This document shows, piece after piece, positions 31,649-41,437 of a DNA stretch of 64,000 bases (position 1 is its first letter; each line of letters opens with the position of its first letter). The translations under genes were made by a program, and so were the position numbers. The notes under the pieces were generated by a model. The model was not told where the DNA came from. It made no database searches and worked only from the letters and a program-made list of their open reading frames with translations. The stretch comes from Gammaproteobacteria bacterium. Lineage in GTDB: Bacteria > Pseudomonadota > Gammaproteobacteria > Methylococcales > Methylomonadaceae. The stretch covers positions 495 through 64,494 of the forward strand of contig JAJRUF010000190.1 in NCBI GenBank assembly GCA_024277935.1, given 5' to 3'.

Positions 31649-33391
31649 TTACCCCAATCGCTTTTTCTTCTCTCTACGCGCTATAAACCAATTAGCCAAA
31701 TAACTTCTAGGCGGGTAAACACCATACTGAATATAATACATTTTATAAGCACTATTTATGCTGGCATTAAACAATCGAGAAGATAAACCAGTACCACAAA
31801 ATAATACCTGATCATTTTCCTGTATTTCATAAGTTTCAGGGGGCAATACAATTTCTTGAGCAGCAGATTTAACTACAAAAAAAACTAAATCTAATTGTTT
31901 TTCTCGTGCTCGTGGGTCTCGAATCAAATCCCTTAAAGTGACTTTTTTATTGTTATCCAGCAGTTCAATAACCGCTTTAGCCTTTTCTCTAGTGAAATGG
32001 ACAGTAATTAAATGAGGAACTCTATTCCCTACTTTTTCCCGCAAACTATGAATAACAGCCTCCATTTCCTGTTGTCTTCCTGGCTTATTTTCTAATAGAT
32101 AATAAAAGAATTTTTTCAATAAAGGTGCTATCAATAAAAACAGTATTTTCCGCGCTGCAACCAATGTAGGCTGCATAATCATATCAACAGTTGTCGCTTT
32201 AAAGGCTATCTCATTCTCATGATTATTTTGCCTTACAATGGTAAATAAATTTTTATTAAAATAACGGGCATTAAGTAAAATCCCTAAATTATGCCCATCA
32301 TCGTCAGTCCCTGAAATAATTCCCACAGCACTCTCAATCCCTGCCAATCCAAGCGTTTTTGAAGTTGATCTTCCTACAATATATTGATCAATATGCTCTT
32401 CTTCTTTTGAATCATGAGGATCAATAACAGCTGTTTGAATACCATATTTACTTAAAACCCGATTCACCTCATGTCCCATCCGGCCATAACCACAAATAAT
32501 CCAGGTTCCTTTAGGTGGCGAAGTATATTGCGACAATGTTGCACCCTTTTCTCTTACCAACCATTTATTAAATGCGTAGAACCCAGGGTTATGCATGGCT
32601 GCCGCTAAAACTTTAGCAAAAATTTTAAAGGGGTCAACAATATGCACTTCGCCACCCAATGTTATTAATGTCTCTTCAAAGACCTCTACTTTAGACATTG
32701 TAATAATGCCTACTTTAGGATTTAACAACCGCGTAAGCGCTGAAATTTTTAGATTAACCTCTTCACTATTAGTGATTGCAATAACTGCTTTACAGTTTGA
32801 CCGCCTTAATCCTGCTTCAAGCAAGTGCTTAGGCACACTGGCATCTCCACAAAATGAAGGCGTGGCAACCGTATAATCTCTTAATTGCAAAGCCTTGATT
32901 CTTTCTTCATCATTATCAATGACTACAGCAGGCAATCCGTAATCACTTAGCCCCCGCATTAACACACTACCCGTATCACCAAAACCACAAACAATAACAA
33001 AAGGTTGCTCTATACGTTGTACACCTCTAGAAAATTGCCACTCTGAAAGGGCTCTTAATAAGAAAGGGTTTTGAAACAACCTAATAATAGAGCCAATCGC
33101 ATAAAACCAGGTAATGACACTGATATAGAGACAAAGAATAGCCCAAAAACGCTGCGCATCGCTAAAAGGGTACGGGATTTCACCAAACCCAGTAGTGGTT
33201 GCGGTGTATGTCATAAAATAGAATGCATGAAAAATACTCATATACTCTACTTTACCGTTGACCTCTATACCCGGAATAAAAACCATTCCCAAAATAGAAA
33301 CGGAATACACCGTAAGCAAGGCAATTAAAGGCCCTCGCATCTCACGCATAACAATAAAAGTAATGCGACTCAGATCAACTGAAGCAGCCAT
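31649..33391 (-). CDS. Potassium channel with tandem RCK/TrkA-N domains
   Basis: 580 aa. Pore helix plus the filter TATTTGFGE, followed by two Rossmann-like GxGxxG regions (CGFGDTG, CGYGRMG). Confidence 0.8.
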   Translation of the reverse strand: MAASVDLSRITFIVMREMRGPLIALLTVYSVSILGMVFIPGIEVNGKVEYMSIFHAFYFMTYTATTTGFGEIPYPFSDAQRFWAILCLYISVITWFYAIGSIIRLFQNPFLLRALSEWQFSRGVQRIEQPFVIVCGFGDTGSVLMRGLSDYGLPAVVIDNDEERIKALQLRDYTVATPSFCGDASVPKHLLEAGLRRSNCKAVIAITNSEEVNLKISALTRLLNPKVGIITMSKVEVFEETLITLGGEVHIVDPFKIFAKVLAAAMHNPGFYAFNKWLVREKGATLSQYTSPPKGTWIICGYGRMGHEVNRVLSKYGIQTAVIDPHDSKEEEHIDQYIVGRSTSKTLGLAGIESAVGIISGTDDDGHNLGILLNARYFNKNLFTIVRQNNHENEIAFKATTVDMIMQPTLVAARKILFLLIAPLLKKFFYYLLENKPGRQQEMEAVIHSLREKVGNRVPHLITVHFTREKAKAVIELLDNNKKVTLRDLIRDPRAREKQLDLVFFVVKSAAQEIVLPPETYEIQENDQVLFCGTGLSSRLFNASINSAYKMYYIQYGVYPPRSYLANWFIARREKKKRLG

Positions 33392-33422
33392 ATTAAGCCC
33401 CTATTGCTGTTATTATCAATAC

Positions 33423-33806
33423 TTACAAACGATTAAATAAAGTTTCTGAAACCAAAATAATGGTTGAGATAATATTGGCCAATAAAGCACCTCCCGTTAA
33501 AGACACAATACTAGACATAATTTCTGGAGTAAGACCTGTACCCGTTATATGTACAGCAAACGTCCAATAAATGGCAGCTGCAATTAACTCCAAATCAGCA
33601 ACTAAACTGGTCGATAATAATACTGCCCCAATTTGTGACCTATCCCCAAACTTTAAAACAGTGGCTATTAAATTAACGATAATTACAGAAAAAAGTTCAA
33701 AAACATTATGATGATCGGGATTATCCATCTCTCCGATAAAGAAACCAAAGTTTAATGTTAAAGCCAACACCACAAAAAAACCAAATATGACTTTCTCTAG
33801 ATTCAT
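33423..33806 (-). CDS. Small integral membrane protein of unknown function
   Basis: 127 aa with about 4 predicted TM segments, immediately upstream of and co-oriented with the K+ channel gene. Confidence 0.5.
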   Translation of the reverse strand: MNLEKVIFGFFVVLALTLNFGFFIGEMDNPDHHNVFELFSVIIVNLIATVLKFGDRSQIGAVLLSTSLVADLELIAAAIYWTFAVHITGTGLTPEIMSSIVSLTGGALLANIISTIILVSETLFNRL

Positions 33807-33968
33807 TACCTACCCCTATATTTTAATATCAAATACACAAAGAAATTTGAACACTATTTTGAACCCAGTATTTTAACGCTAAAAGCCAACTTCAGAATAG
33901 TTAAAATAAAACTAACACATACATATTATTTATTGCTAATATAGTTTTATTTTATTTGGAGTATTATT

Positions 33969-34334
33969 ATGTCGATTACCGCACTAGATCTTGTTGCTGC
34001 AGCAAAAAAAAATATTACCCTCTGTGATATTGAAACTGTAAGAAAAGACCATTCTTCCCATCTAATTTTAGACGTGAGAGAACCTGCTGAGTATGAAGCA
34101 GGCTGTTTACCTGGTGCCATTAATATTCCTCGAGGTGTTTTAGAGTTTAAAATTAGTGCTCACCCTGCTTTTCAAGACTCTCAAAATGCAAAAATATTTG
34201 TCTATTGCCTAACAGGTGGCCGCTCAGCACTGGCGACAGAATCACTCAATAAACTAGGCTATACCCATGCTTGCAGTATGGAAGGTGGATTCACATTATG
34301 GAAAGAAAGTGGCTTACAGGTAGATAAACCTTAA
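33969..34334 (+). CDS. Single-domain rhodanese sulfurtransferase
   Basis: 121 aa. Active-site loop YCLTGGRS. Confidence 0.8.
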   Translation: MSITALDLVAAAKKNITLCDIETVRKDHSSHLILDVREPAEYEAGCLPGAINIPRGVLEFKISAHPAFQDSQNAKIFVYCLTGGRSALATESLNKLGYTHACSMEGGFTLWKESGLQVDKP

Positions 34335-34337
34335 GCT

Positions 34338-34730
34338 ATGCCAGAATTAGGTTCTATTCGGATAGATAAATGGTTATGGGCTGCGCGTTTTTTTAAAACG
34401 CGCAAACTTGCCAGTGAGGCTGTTTCTGGTGGGAAAGTACACCTTAACGGCCAACGCTGCAAACCAGCGAAAGAAGTTAAATGCGGCATGGTGCTCACGA
34501 TAACTAAAGATCAGTTACAATGGCAACTTACCGTTACCGCAATTAATAGCCACCGACGTCCCGCTAAAGAGGCTGTTTTACTTTATCAGGAAGCCCCTGA
34601 GAGTTTTAACAAGAGACAACAGCTCATTACCCTACAAAAAGAACAACGAGCCTTAACGCCCCCTATAGATCGTGAACACCGGCCCAATAAAAAACAAAGA
34701 CGGCAAATACACCGTTTTAAACAAGGTTAA
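34338..34730 (+). CDS. hslR: Ribosome-associated heat shock protein Hsp15 (S4 domain)
   Basis: 130 aa. [16 protein letters not shown]4 signature and a basic C-terminal tail. Confidence 0.85.
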   Translation: MPELGSIRIDKWLWAARFFKTRKLASEAVSGGKVHLNGQRCKPAKEVKCGMVLTITKDQLQWQLTVTAINSHRRPAKEAVLLYQEAPESFNKRQQLITLQKEQRALTPPIDREHRPNKKQRRQIHRFKQG

Positions 34731-34743
34731 TTATAAAAAATTA

Positions 34744-35076
34744 CTATAAACAAGTAGGCGGCTTAGGAAGCCCGGCTATTTTGCAAGCATATTTTAGTGG
34801 CCCTTCAGGAAATAATTTGTGCAAATATCGGCTATTGCCTTTCTCTTCACCAAACTCTTTTCTTATGGCTTTAGTAAATCCCCTTGCGTTTGGTAAATGC
34901 TTAAATTGTTGGTAATACTTGCGTATAAAATAAATAATTTCCCAATGTTGAGAGCTTAATTCAAGCCCATTTAAGCTAGCAATTTTAACTGCAAGCTGTT
35001 TATTCCAGTCATTTAAATCAACAAGAAACCCGTCACCTGTTGTTTTTAACGTTTCACCATTAACAATTAACTCCAC
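34744..35076 (-). CDS. DsrC/TusE-family sulfur relay protein, DsrC-type with both C-terminal cysteines
   Basis: 110 aa. C-terminal arm ...YACKIAGLPKPPTCL, with a penultimate Cys and a second Cys 10 residues upstream. Confidence 0.85.
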   Translation of the reverse strand: MELIVNGETLKTTGDGFLVDLNDWNKQLAVKIASLNGLELSSQHWEIIYFIRKYYQQFKHLPNARGFTKAIRKEFGEEKGNSRYLHKLFPEGPLKYACKIAGLPKPPTCL

Positions 35077-35360
35077 GTTTTAATAACCTTATTTTGCTCT
35101 GTCAGTTCAACAAACCCAGAGTAATTAATCACTTCAATCCCTGAAACGAGTTCTGTGATATTAAGACCTCGTGTTTCAAGCTCAACATCTAATACATAAA
35201 GACTAGTTCTATTTTTCAGCATTTGCTTTAACTGTAAACTTAAAATACCCTTTTTATTGATCTGAAAAACTGCATTTTCAAAAAAAATAACACTATCCAG
35301 ACTATCTATCCTTTGTAGTAATGCACCATCAATAGCTGACTGAAAAATCAAATGTAACAT
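35067..35360 (-). CDS. DsrH/TusB-family protein
   Basis: 97 aa with an MLHLIFQS... N-terminus and typical DsrH/TusB length. It overlaps the dsrC-like gene by 10 nt. Confidence 0.7.
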   Translation of the reverse strand: MLHLIFQSAIDGALLQRIDSLDSVIFFENAVFQINKKGILSLQLKQMLKNRTSLYVLDVELETRGLNITELVSGIEVINYSGFVELTEQNKVIKTWS

Positions 35361-35365
35361 TCAGC

Positions 35366-35686
35366 TCACTCAACATGGCTTAATTTAAGCCCAATAATAC
35401 CTATAATAACCAGGCTAATAGATGACAACCTAACCCAGTCCACAGACTCTTTAAAAAGAAATATACTTAAAATAGCCACACCAACAGCTCCCATACCTGT
35501 CCATATTGCATACGCAGTCCCTAATGGTAATGTTTTTATTGCTAGCATGAGTAAATAAAAACTAGTCCCACCTGAAACCATCGTAACCAAGCTTGGGTAT
35601 AATTTAGTAAAGCCCATATTGTATTTTAAACTTAATGCAAAAATAATTTCTGCCAGACCCGCTGAAAACAAAAACAACCACCCCAT
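35366..35686 (-). CDS. sugE: SMR-family efflux protein SugE
   Basis: 106 aa, 4 TM segments, MGWLFLFSAGLAEI with the conserved membrane Glu. Confidence 0.85.
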   Translation of the reverse strand: MGWLFLFSAGLAEIIFALSLKYNMGFTKLYPSLVTMVSGGTSFYLLMLAIKTLPLGTAYAIWTGMGAVGVAILSIFLFKESVDWVRLSSISLVIIGIIGLKLSHVE

Positions 35687-35771
35687 TGACCTCTCCTACT
35701 TTCAGGTGCAAAAAAAAGCTATTTATTCTACAATAGATACCTATAAACTAATAATTAACATGACACTTTAA

Positions 35772-36512
35772 ATGACTGATATAGCAAAATACTTAGTAAG
35801 AAGTCAAAAACAGGTTCTCGCCTATTTAAATCTATTATCTACTGAAAGATGCTTGATTTCTGCCGCTTTTGGTCAAAGTGACAAAGATACTTTCCTAACG
35901 GCGATAATGGATATTGATGAAAAAAAGCAGACGCTTATCATTGATTGTGGGCCCAAAGAATATCTAAACAAAAGGTTACTGGACAGTGCAATTATAAAAT
36001 GCTCAACTGAATACAAAGGTATAAAAGTCCAGTTTGAGGGTAGAAAAGTAAAAAAAGCGGGCTCACCAGGCCAACCTGCTTTTTTAATCCCTATTCCTAG
36101 TTCAATCTACTGGGTGCAAAGAAGACAGTTTTACCGTATCAGGTCACCTTTATCTAAACAAAGCTATTGTGCAGTTTTATTTAAAGATGAAGCAACCGGT
36201 CAAGAAAAATCAGTCAAGCTCCCCCTTCATGACCTCAGTGCTAGTGGCGTTTGTTTTCTGAATCAATCAAAAAACCTAAAAGAACAACTAAAACCAGCAA
36301 CTCAATTTAGTAAGTGTAGCCTTGTTCTTCAAGATGAAGCACCTCTCTCAATTGACCTTGAAGTACGTCACACTACACCTCAGCAGTCTAATACACCTGG
36401 AAAAATTGAGCGTATTGGTTGCTATATTACCAATTCAACACCCCGAATTGAATCAACAATATTACGTTATATGCAAACAGTAGAACGGGAAATACAACAA
36501 ATGACAAAATAA
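35772..36512 (+). CDS. YcgR-like PilZ-domain c-di-GMP receptor
   Basis: 246 aa. A PilZN-like N-terminal half, then RRQFYRIR (RxxxR) and DLSASGVCF (DxSxxG). Confidence 0.75.
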   Translation: MTDIAKYLVRSQKQVLAYLNLLSTERCLISAAFGQSDKDTFLTAIMDIDEKKQTLIIDCGPKEYLNKRLLDSAIIKCSTEYKGIKVQFEGRKVKKAGSPGQPAFLIPIPSSIYWVQRRQFYRIRSPLSKQSYCAVLFKDEATGQEKSVKLPLHDLSASGVCFLNQSKNLKEQLKPATQFSKCSLVLQDEAPLSIDLEVRHTTPQQSNTPGKIERIGCYITNSTPRIESTILRYMQTVEREIQQMTK

Positions 36513-36553
36513 ATAATATTTATATTTTTATAAACATGAAGTAAAAAAGAATT

Positions 36554-37894
36554 TTGATTAGCCAGAAAATTTACAGTGTTTCTGAACTTAATAAAGAAAC
36601 CAAAGACTTACTCTCAAACCATTTTTCTTTCATTCAAGTTGAAGGTGAAATTTCTAATTTAAGCCAACCCTCATCGGGACATATTTATTTTTCTTTGAAA
36701 GATAAAAAAGCACAGATCCGTTGCGCAATGTTCAAATCGCAATTACGCCGGCTGACTTTTACACCCAGCAATGGCAAACAGATCATTATCTCTGCTCAGG
36801 TTAGCTTGTATGAAGCCAGAGGCGACTATCAGTTAATTGCCGATAAAATGCAACAAGCCGGTGAAGGTGATTTACAACTTGCTTTTGAAAAACTCAAATC
36901 GAAATTATTTAATGAAGGCTTATTTGATCAAGATATTAAACAGTCTCTCCCTGTATTACCGAAGTGTATAGGCGTGATTACTTCTCCATCAGGAGCGGCT
37001 ATACATGATATTTTAAGCGTTCTAAACAGAAGATTCCCTGCCATCCCCGTTATTATTTATCCGACATCAGTACAAGGGGCCACCGCAAAAGTTGAAATTT
37101 GCTATGCCATTAAAACGGCCAATCAACACCAGCAGGTTGATATTATATTGCTCGCCAGAGGCGGAGGTTCACTAGAAGACCTTTGGTGCTTTAATGAAGA
37201 ATGTGTTGCTCGTGCCATCGTCAATAGTAAAACCCCCATTATTTCAGGGATAGGTCACGAAGTTGATTTTACCATTGCTGATTTTGTTGCCGACCTACGC
37301 GCCCCGACACCATCGGCAGCTGCAGAAAATGCAGTCCCCAACCAACAATCCTGGATCAATAATTTTCATGTCCTTGAACAACAATTAAAAAATCTAGTTA
37401 GCCACCAGTTAAATCAACATCAACAATCCATTAATTGGCTACATAAAAGGCTAAAACAGCAACACCCAGGTCAGCAATACCAAAGGCTTGCTCAAACACT
37501 GGATAATTTAGAAGCGAGATTACAGCGTATTATTCAGTCTCGAATAAAGCAAGAGACTCATATATTAGCTAAACAAAACTTTTTATTACAAAGGCATAAC
37601 CCTAAAAATAGAATAGAGCGCTACCAGCAACAGCTCAACTATTTAACTAACAGGTTCAATCATGCCATAGAGAGTAAACTCGAAAAACTTAAAAGAAAAC
37701 AAGCTTCACTTATTCATACACTTAATGCAATAAGCCCTTTAGCCACTTTAGAAAGAGGCTATTCAATTACCAGCTTAACTCAATCTAATTGCATTATTAG
37801 CAGGAGTGAGCAGCTGTCAATTGACGATACAATTAAAACGCGTTTCGCCCAGGGTTCAATTATTAGCCAAATAAAACAAATTAATCATGACTAA
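36554..37894 (+). CDS. xseA: Exodeoxyribonuclease VII large subunit
   Basis: 446 aa, TTG start. An OB-fold N-terminus (VEGEISN...SGHIYFSLKD), a catalytic core (ARGGGSLEDLW, GIGHEVD) and a long coiled coil. Confidence 0.9.
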   Translation: MISQKIYSVSELNKETKDLLSNHFSFIQVEGEISNLSQPSSGHIYFSLKDKKAQIRCAMFKSQLRRLTFTPSNGKQIIISAQVSLYEARGDYQLIADKMQQAGEGDLQLAFEKLKSKLFNEGLFDQDIKQSLPVLPKCIGVITSPSGAAIHDILSVLNRRFPAIPVIIYPTSVQGATAKVEICYAIKTANQHQQVDIILLARGGGSLEDLWCFNEECVARAIVNSKTPIISGIGHEVDFTIADFVADLRAPTPSAAAENAVPNQQSWINNFHVLEQQLKNLVSHQLNQHQQSINWLHKRLKQQHPGQQYQRLAQTLDNLEARLQRIIQSRIKQETHILAKQNFLLQRHNPKNRIERYQQQLNYLTNRFNHAIESKLEKLKRKQASLIHTLNAISPLATLERGYSITSLTQSNCIISRSEQLSIDDTIKTRFAQGSIISQIKQINHD

Positions 37895-38735
37895 GTACAT
37901 TTTTCTGCTTTTTATATTTTATTCTAGCTTTATCTGGGCAAACAAGTTGCCGGAACAATTAGCTGTACCAGGTGGCATTAATAAAATCATGCTACCAGAA
38001 ATGAGTCAAGTAGCGCCTAAAGCCTTTTTTAATAATAATCGAGTGGCCATTATTAAAGAAAAGACTCATTGGATAGCCTTAGTAGGTATACCTCTGTCAA
38101 GCAAGCCAGGAAAACAAAAAATAACCGTTAATACACTACATCATAGCTACCAATTAAGCTTCAACATTGCCGATAAAGACTACCCTGCTCAACACCTTAC
38201 CATTAAAAAAAAGCGCATGGTAACAGGTTTTACTAAAGCTGATTTAAAAAAAATAGCCATCGATAAAAAGGCAATGAACAAAGCAAAGTCAACATGGACT
38301 GAACAGGCCGTAGATACCAACTTTACAGCCCCAGTCGATGGCCGACTCAGTAGCTTGTTTGGTTTAAAACGATTTTTTAATAATATTCCTAAAAAACCGC
38401 ACAACGGTTTAGATATCGCTGCAAAAACAGGCACAGCCATTATTGCTCCAGCATCGGCTAAAGTCATTGATACTGGAAATTACTACTTTAATGGTAATAC
38501 TGTCTTTTTAGATCATGGCCAAGGCTTATTAACGGCCTATTTGCATATGCACAAAATTAATGTCAAACCAGGACAACTTGTTAAGCAAGGAGATTTGTTA
38601 GGCACTGTGGGAGAAACTGGTCGCGTAACAGGCCCTCATTTACACTGGATTGTGTATTTAAACAAAACTCCAGTCGACCCTGCCTTATTTATTTCAAGTG
38701 ATATTGTTCGACTCGATGCTAGAAATAAAAAATAA
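37887..38735 (+). CDS. M23-family metallopeptidase
   Basis: 282 aa with a signal peptide. HNGLDIAA and GPHLHW zinc-site motifs. Confidence 0.85.
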   Translation: MTKYIFLLFIFYSSFIWANKLPEQLAVPGGINKIMLPEMSQVAPKAFFNNNRVAIIKEKTHWIALVGIPLSSKPGKQKITVNTLHHSYQLSFNIADKDYPAQHLTIKKKRMVTGFTKADLKKIAIDKKAMNKAKSTWTEQAVDTNFTAPVDGRLSSLFGLKRFFNNIPKKPHNGLDIAAKTGTAIIAPASAKVIDTGNYYFNGNTVFLDHGQGLLTAYLHMHKINVKPGQLVKQGDLLGTVGETGRVTGPHLHWIVYLNKTPVDPALFISSDIVRLDARNKK

Positions 38736-38814
38736 TCGCTAAAAATTAGGCATCTTTCATTTTAACCCTAAAGTAGTTTACACATTTTTAATGTGAAAAA
38801 ATAAGCACATCATT

Positions 38815-38889
38815 GTAGGATGTGCTGAGGAACGAAGCGCATTAGCTAAACTTCGTTTGATGCGCCTCCTAACGTCGGCACATCCTACA
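38815..38889. repeat. REP-like palindrome, imperfect copy of the 31532 family
   Basis: The left arm GTAGGATGTGCTGAGGAACGAAGCGCAT is identical to the 31532 copy. The right arm has diverged (GATGCGCCTCCTAACGTCGGCACATCCTAC). It lies between convergent genes. Confidence 0.8.
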
Positions 38890-38989
38890 GAAACATCAAT
38901 ACAAAAATGTAAACGGGAAGATGCCAAAAATTAATCGCTTAATCCAACTTTTTGAATGATGTATGGGTTACTTTAGCCCAGCTATTAGC

Positions 38990-40966
38990 CTACCCATCCA
39001 CCACCACGCAGTTACGCCCTTGGTGTTTAGCTTTATACATTGCCGCATCAGCCGCCTCAATTATTTGATTATAACTACTAAATTTTGGGCTATAAAGGCT
39101 AACACCTATACTAATAGTTAAAGCATGTCCTTTAAAACGCTGTTTAAGAATTTCACCTTTACGCTCAATTTCCAAGCGAATACGTTCTGCGTAGCATTGT
39201 GCGCCTTTTAATGTTGTATTCCGTAATACAAAAACGAACTCTTCCCCCCCGTAACGGCCAATAAAGTCACTTGGCCTAGTGAGTGTCTGCATAATTTGTG
39301 CAACAATTTTAAGCGCATCATCCCCAGCCTCATGACCACAACTATCATTAAACCGCTTAAAAAAATCTATATCAATAAACCCAACAGCCACACGGCTTAA
39401 TTGTTCTTTATTTTCTTGAAAGGTTGCCGTTAAATATTCGATAACCATTCGTTTATTAAGTAAACCCGTCAAGGCATCCACTTCAGCCCTTTTTTTCTCC
39501 AACTGGAATCGTTTAGCATTATTTAACGCAACACCTAACTCATGAATAATCGGTGTAATTTGAACAATATTATTTGAACCAAAAGGTGATTTGCTCTTTT
39601 CATTATCTATATAAAGCAAAGCAATTAATCGATTTTGACTTAATACAGGAACAAGAAGAAATTCGTCTACCTGAAAACCCTCAACAATATTCATATCACC
39701 CTCATTAATAACAATAGCCTTTCGATCTCTCAAACTATTCAAAATAGATTTAGATAAGGATTCAATTTTAATGGACTGGTTTTGAAGAATAGTATGACAC
39801 AATGCTTCAGGCCAACTATAAGTAGCAACCAAACTACGCAACTTTGCTTTAACTTCAAAAAAAATAATTCTCTCAAATTTAAAATCAGCCTGGATAGCCG
39901 CTAAAGTCCAAGGGACTATTTTATTCGGCTCAAGGCTTTTATGAGGAGCCGTTAAACTAGAAAAAACACCATTATTTAACGAATTAACAGCATGACTAGG
40001 TACTCTTTTACAATGACTTAATAATAAAGCTGTTTCAATGAGTGTTGCCCGTAATTTATTAAGATCAGGAAACTGGATACCATAAAATTCACGCGTATGT
40101 TGCATTTCTTTATCAACACGGCTTAATAAATGCTCAAGATCTAAACCCGCGATATCAAGATAATTAGAAACCTCAGCATGTAGTTCTGGAGCATTGTTTA
40201 CTTTTGTAGACCCAATACCTTGCATCCAGGCAATATAATTAGCAAAACTTACAATAGCGATATCGGGTTTATATTGGGCAAGAAAACCACCCTCTTTAGG
40301 AAGGTCATGATGGCAATAAACAATAGCCGCAATCTGCTCAGGAATATCCCACTGTTGGCAAAATACATAGCCCATTTCAGCATGATTTAAACCAAAAAAA
40401 TCATGCTCCCCATTAAGCAACGACTGCTCATCCCCCTTACAAGCTAACAAAAAATCGCTATAACTGACTTTGCCATGATTTTCAAACACAATTTTACCAA
40501 TATCATGCATTAACCCCGCACAATAAATAAGATCAGGATCAGGGTGTTTTAACGCATTGGCTATAGCACGACTCAGCGAAGCAACAAACAAACAGTGCTG
40601 CCAATAAAAAAGCTGGTCAAATTCATCTTTAGACCTAGATTGAATTAGTTTATTATAAAACAACTGATTTAAAGCCAATTGCCGAACCGAAGAAAAACCC
40701 AAAATATTAACGGCTCGCTTAATAGAAGTCACTTTATGAGATAAAGCAAAAGCAGCAGAATTAACATTACGTAACACTTTTGCAGCTAACGTTGGTTCAG
40801 TTTCAATTAATAGCGATAAATCACCCACATTAGTTCGCTCATCACTTGTCAAACGAAGCAATTTAAGAGCAACCACAGGAATAACCTGAAGTTTATCAAC
40901 TTTATGCTTTAATATTGAATTAGCCGCTTGGTTAATGGCTAAAAAATGATTAGCGTTATTGGTCAT
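38990..40966 (-). CDS. HDOD and GGDEF domain diguanylate cyclase
   Basis: 658 aa. An N-terminal HDOD region (GLMHDIGKIV), a central GAF-like region, and a C-terminal GGDEF domain with an intact GGEEF A-site and an RPSD I-site five residues upstream. Confidence 0.85.
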   Translation of the reverse strand: MTNNANHFLAINQAANSILKHKVDKLQVIPVVALKLLRLTSDERTNVGDLSLLIETEPTLAAKVLRNVNSAAFALSHKVTSIKRAVNILGFSSVRQLALNQLFYNKLIQSRSKDEFDQLFYWQHCLFVASLSRAIANALKHPDPDLIYCAGLMHDIGKIVFENHGKVSYSDFLLACKGDEQSLLNGEHDFFGLNHAEMGYVFCQQWDIPEQIAAIVYCHHDLPKEGGFLAQYKPDIAIVSFANYIAWMQGIGSTKVNNAPELHAEVSNYLDIAGLDLEHLLSRVDKEMQHTREFYGIQFPDLNKLRATLIETALLLSHCKRVPSHAVNSLNNGVFSSLTAPHKSLEPNKIVPWTLAAIQADFKFERIIFFEVKAKLRSLVATYSWPEALCHTILQNQSIKIESLSKSILNSLRDRKAIVINEGDMNIVEGFQVDEFLLVPVLSQNRLIALLYIDNEKSKSPFGSNNIVQITPIIHELGVALNNAKRFQLEKKRAEVDALTGLLNKRMVIEYLTATFQENKEQLSRVAVGFIDIDFFKRFNDSCGHEAGDDALKIVAQIMQTLTRPSDFIGRYGGEEFVFVLRNTTLKGAQCYAERIRLEIERKGEILKQRFKGHALTISIGVSLYSPKFSSYNQIIEAADAAMYKAKHQGRNCVVVDG

Positions 40967-41157
40967 AAAGAGGCTTAAAAAGTATGGATATATTAAAGTT
41001 TAACAGTAATTTTAATAATACTGCTAACAATTAACCTTATATTCCTACAATCTATGCCAAAAAAACGAGAACTAAAGCTTAATTTCTATCTATGCTTGTA
41101 AAAATGATAATAATTGATGCAGAACTATACTCTACGCGGACATATTTTAAGGAAGTT

Positions 41158-41367
41158 TGATGGAATAAAGTAGTAGGATACGCATTGTGTACCTTTCGTT
41201 CAGTCAGGTATGCGATGCATACCCTACACAATGGTTGTCATGTGTTGAATGAGCAGTCTAATTCTGGATAATTAACTTTTTCCATCGCCCTTACATAAGG
41301 GGGTCTGAAGAAATAAAGTTACTCATCTCACTTGCCTTTTTGCAATATGGATAACTTTATTCCATCA
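41158..41367. repeat. MITE-like 210-bp element with perfect 14-bp terminal inverted repeats
   Basis: TGATGGAATAAAGT (41158-41171) and ACTTTATTCCATCA (41354-41367). It contains a GTAGG...CCTAC palindrome (41170-41229) and the core GTCTGAAGAAATAAAGT, which recurs inverted at 52402-52430. Confidence 0.55.
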
Positions 41368-41437
41368 ACCCCCCTAAGGCAGGAAACACTAATTTGTACA
41401 ATGCACTCTGTACCTCAGCAATATTTTTGGGCCTTAT

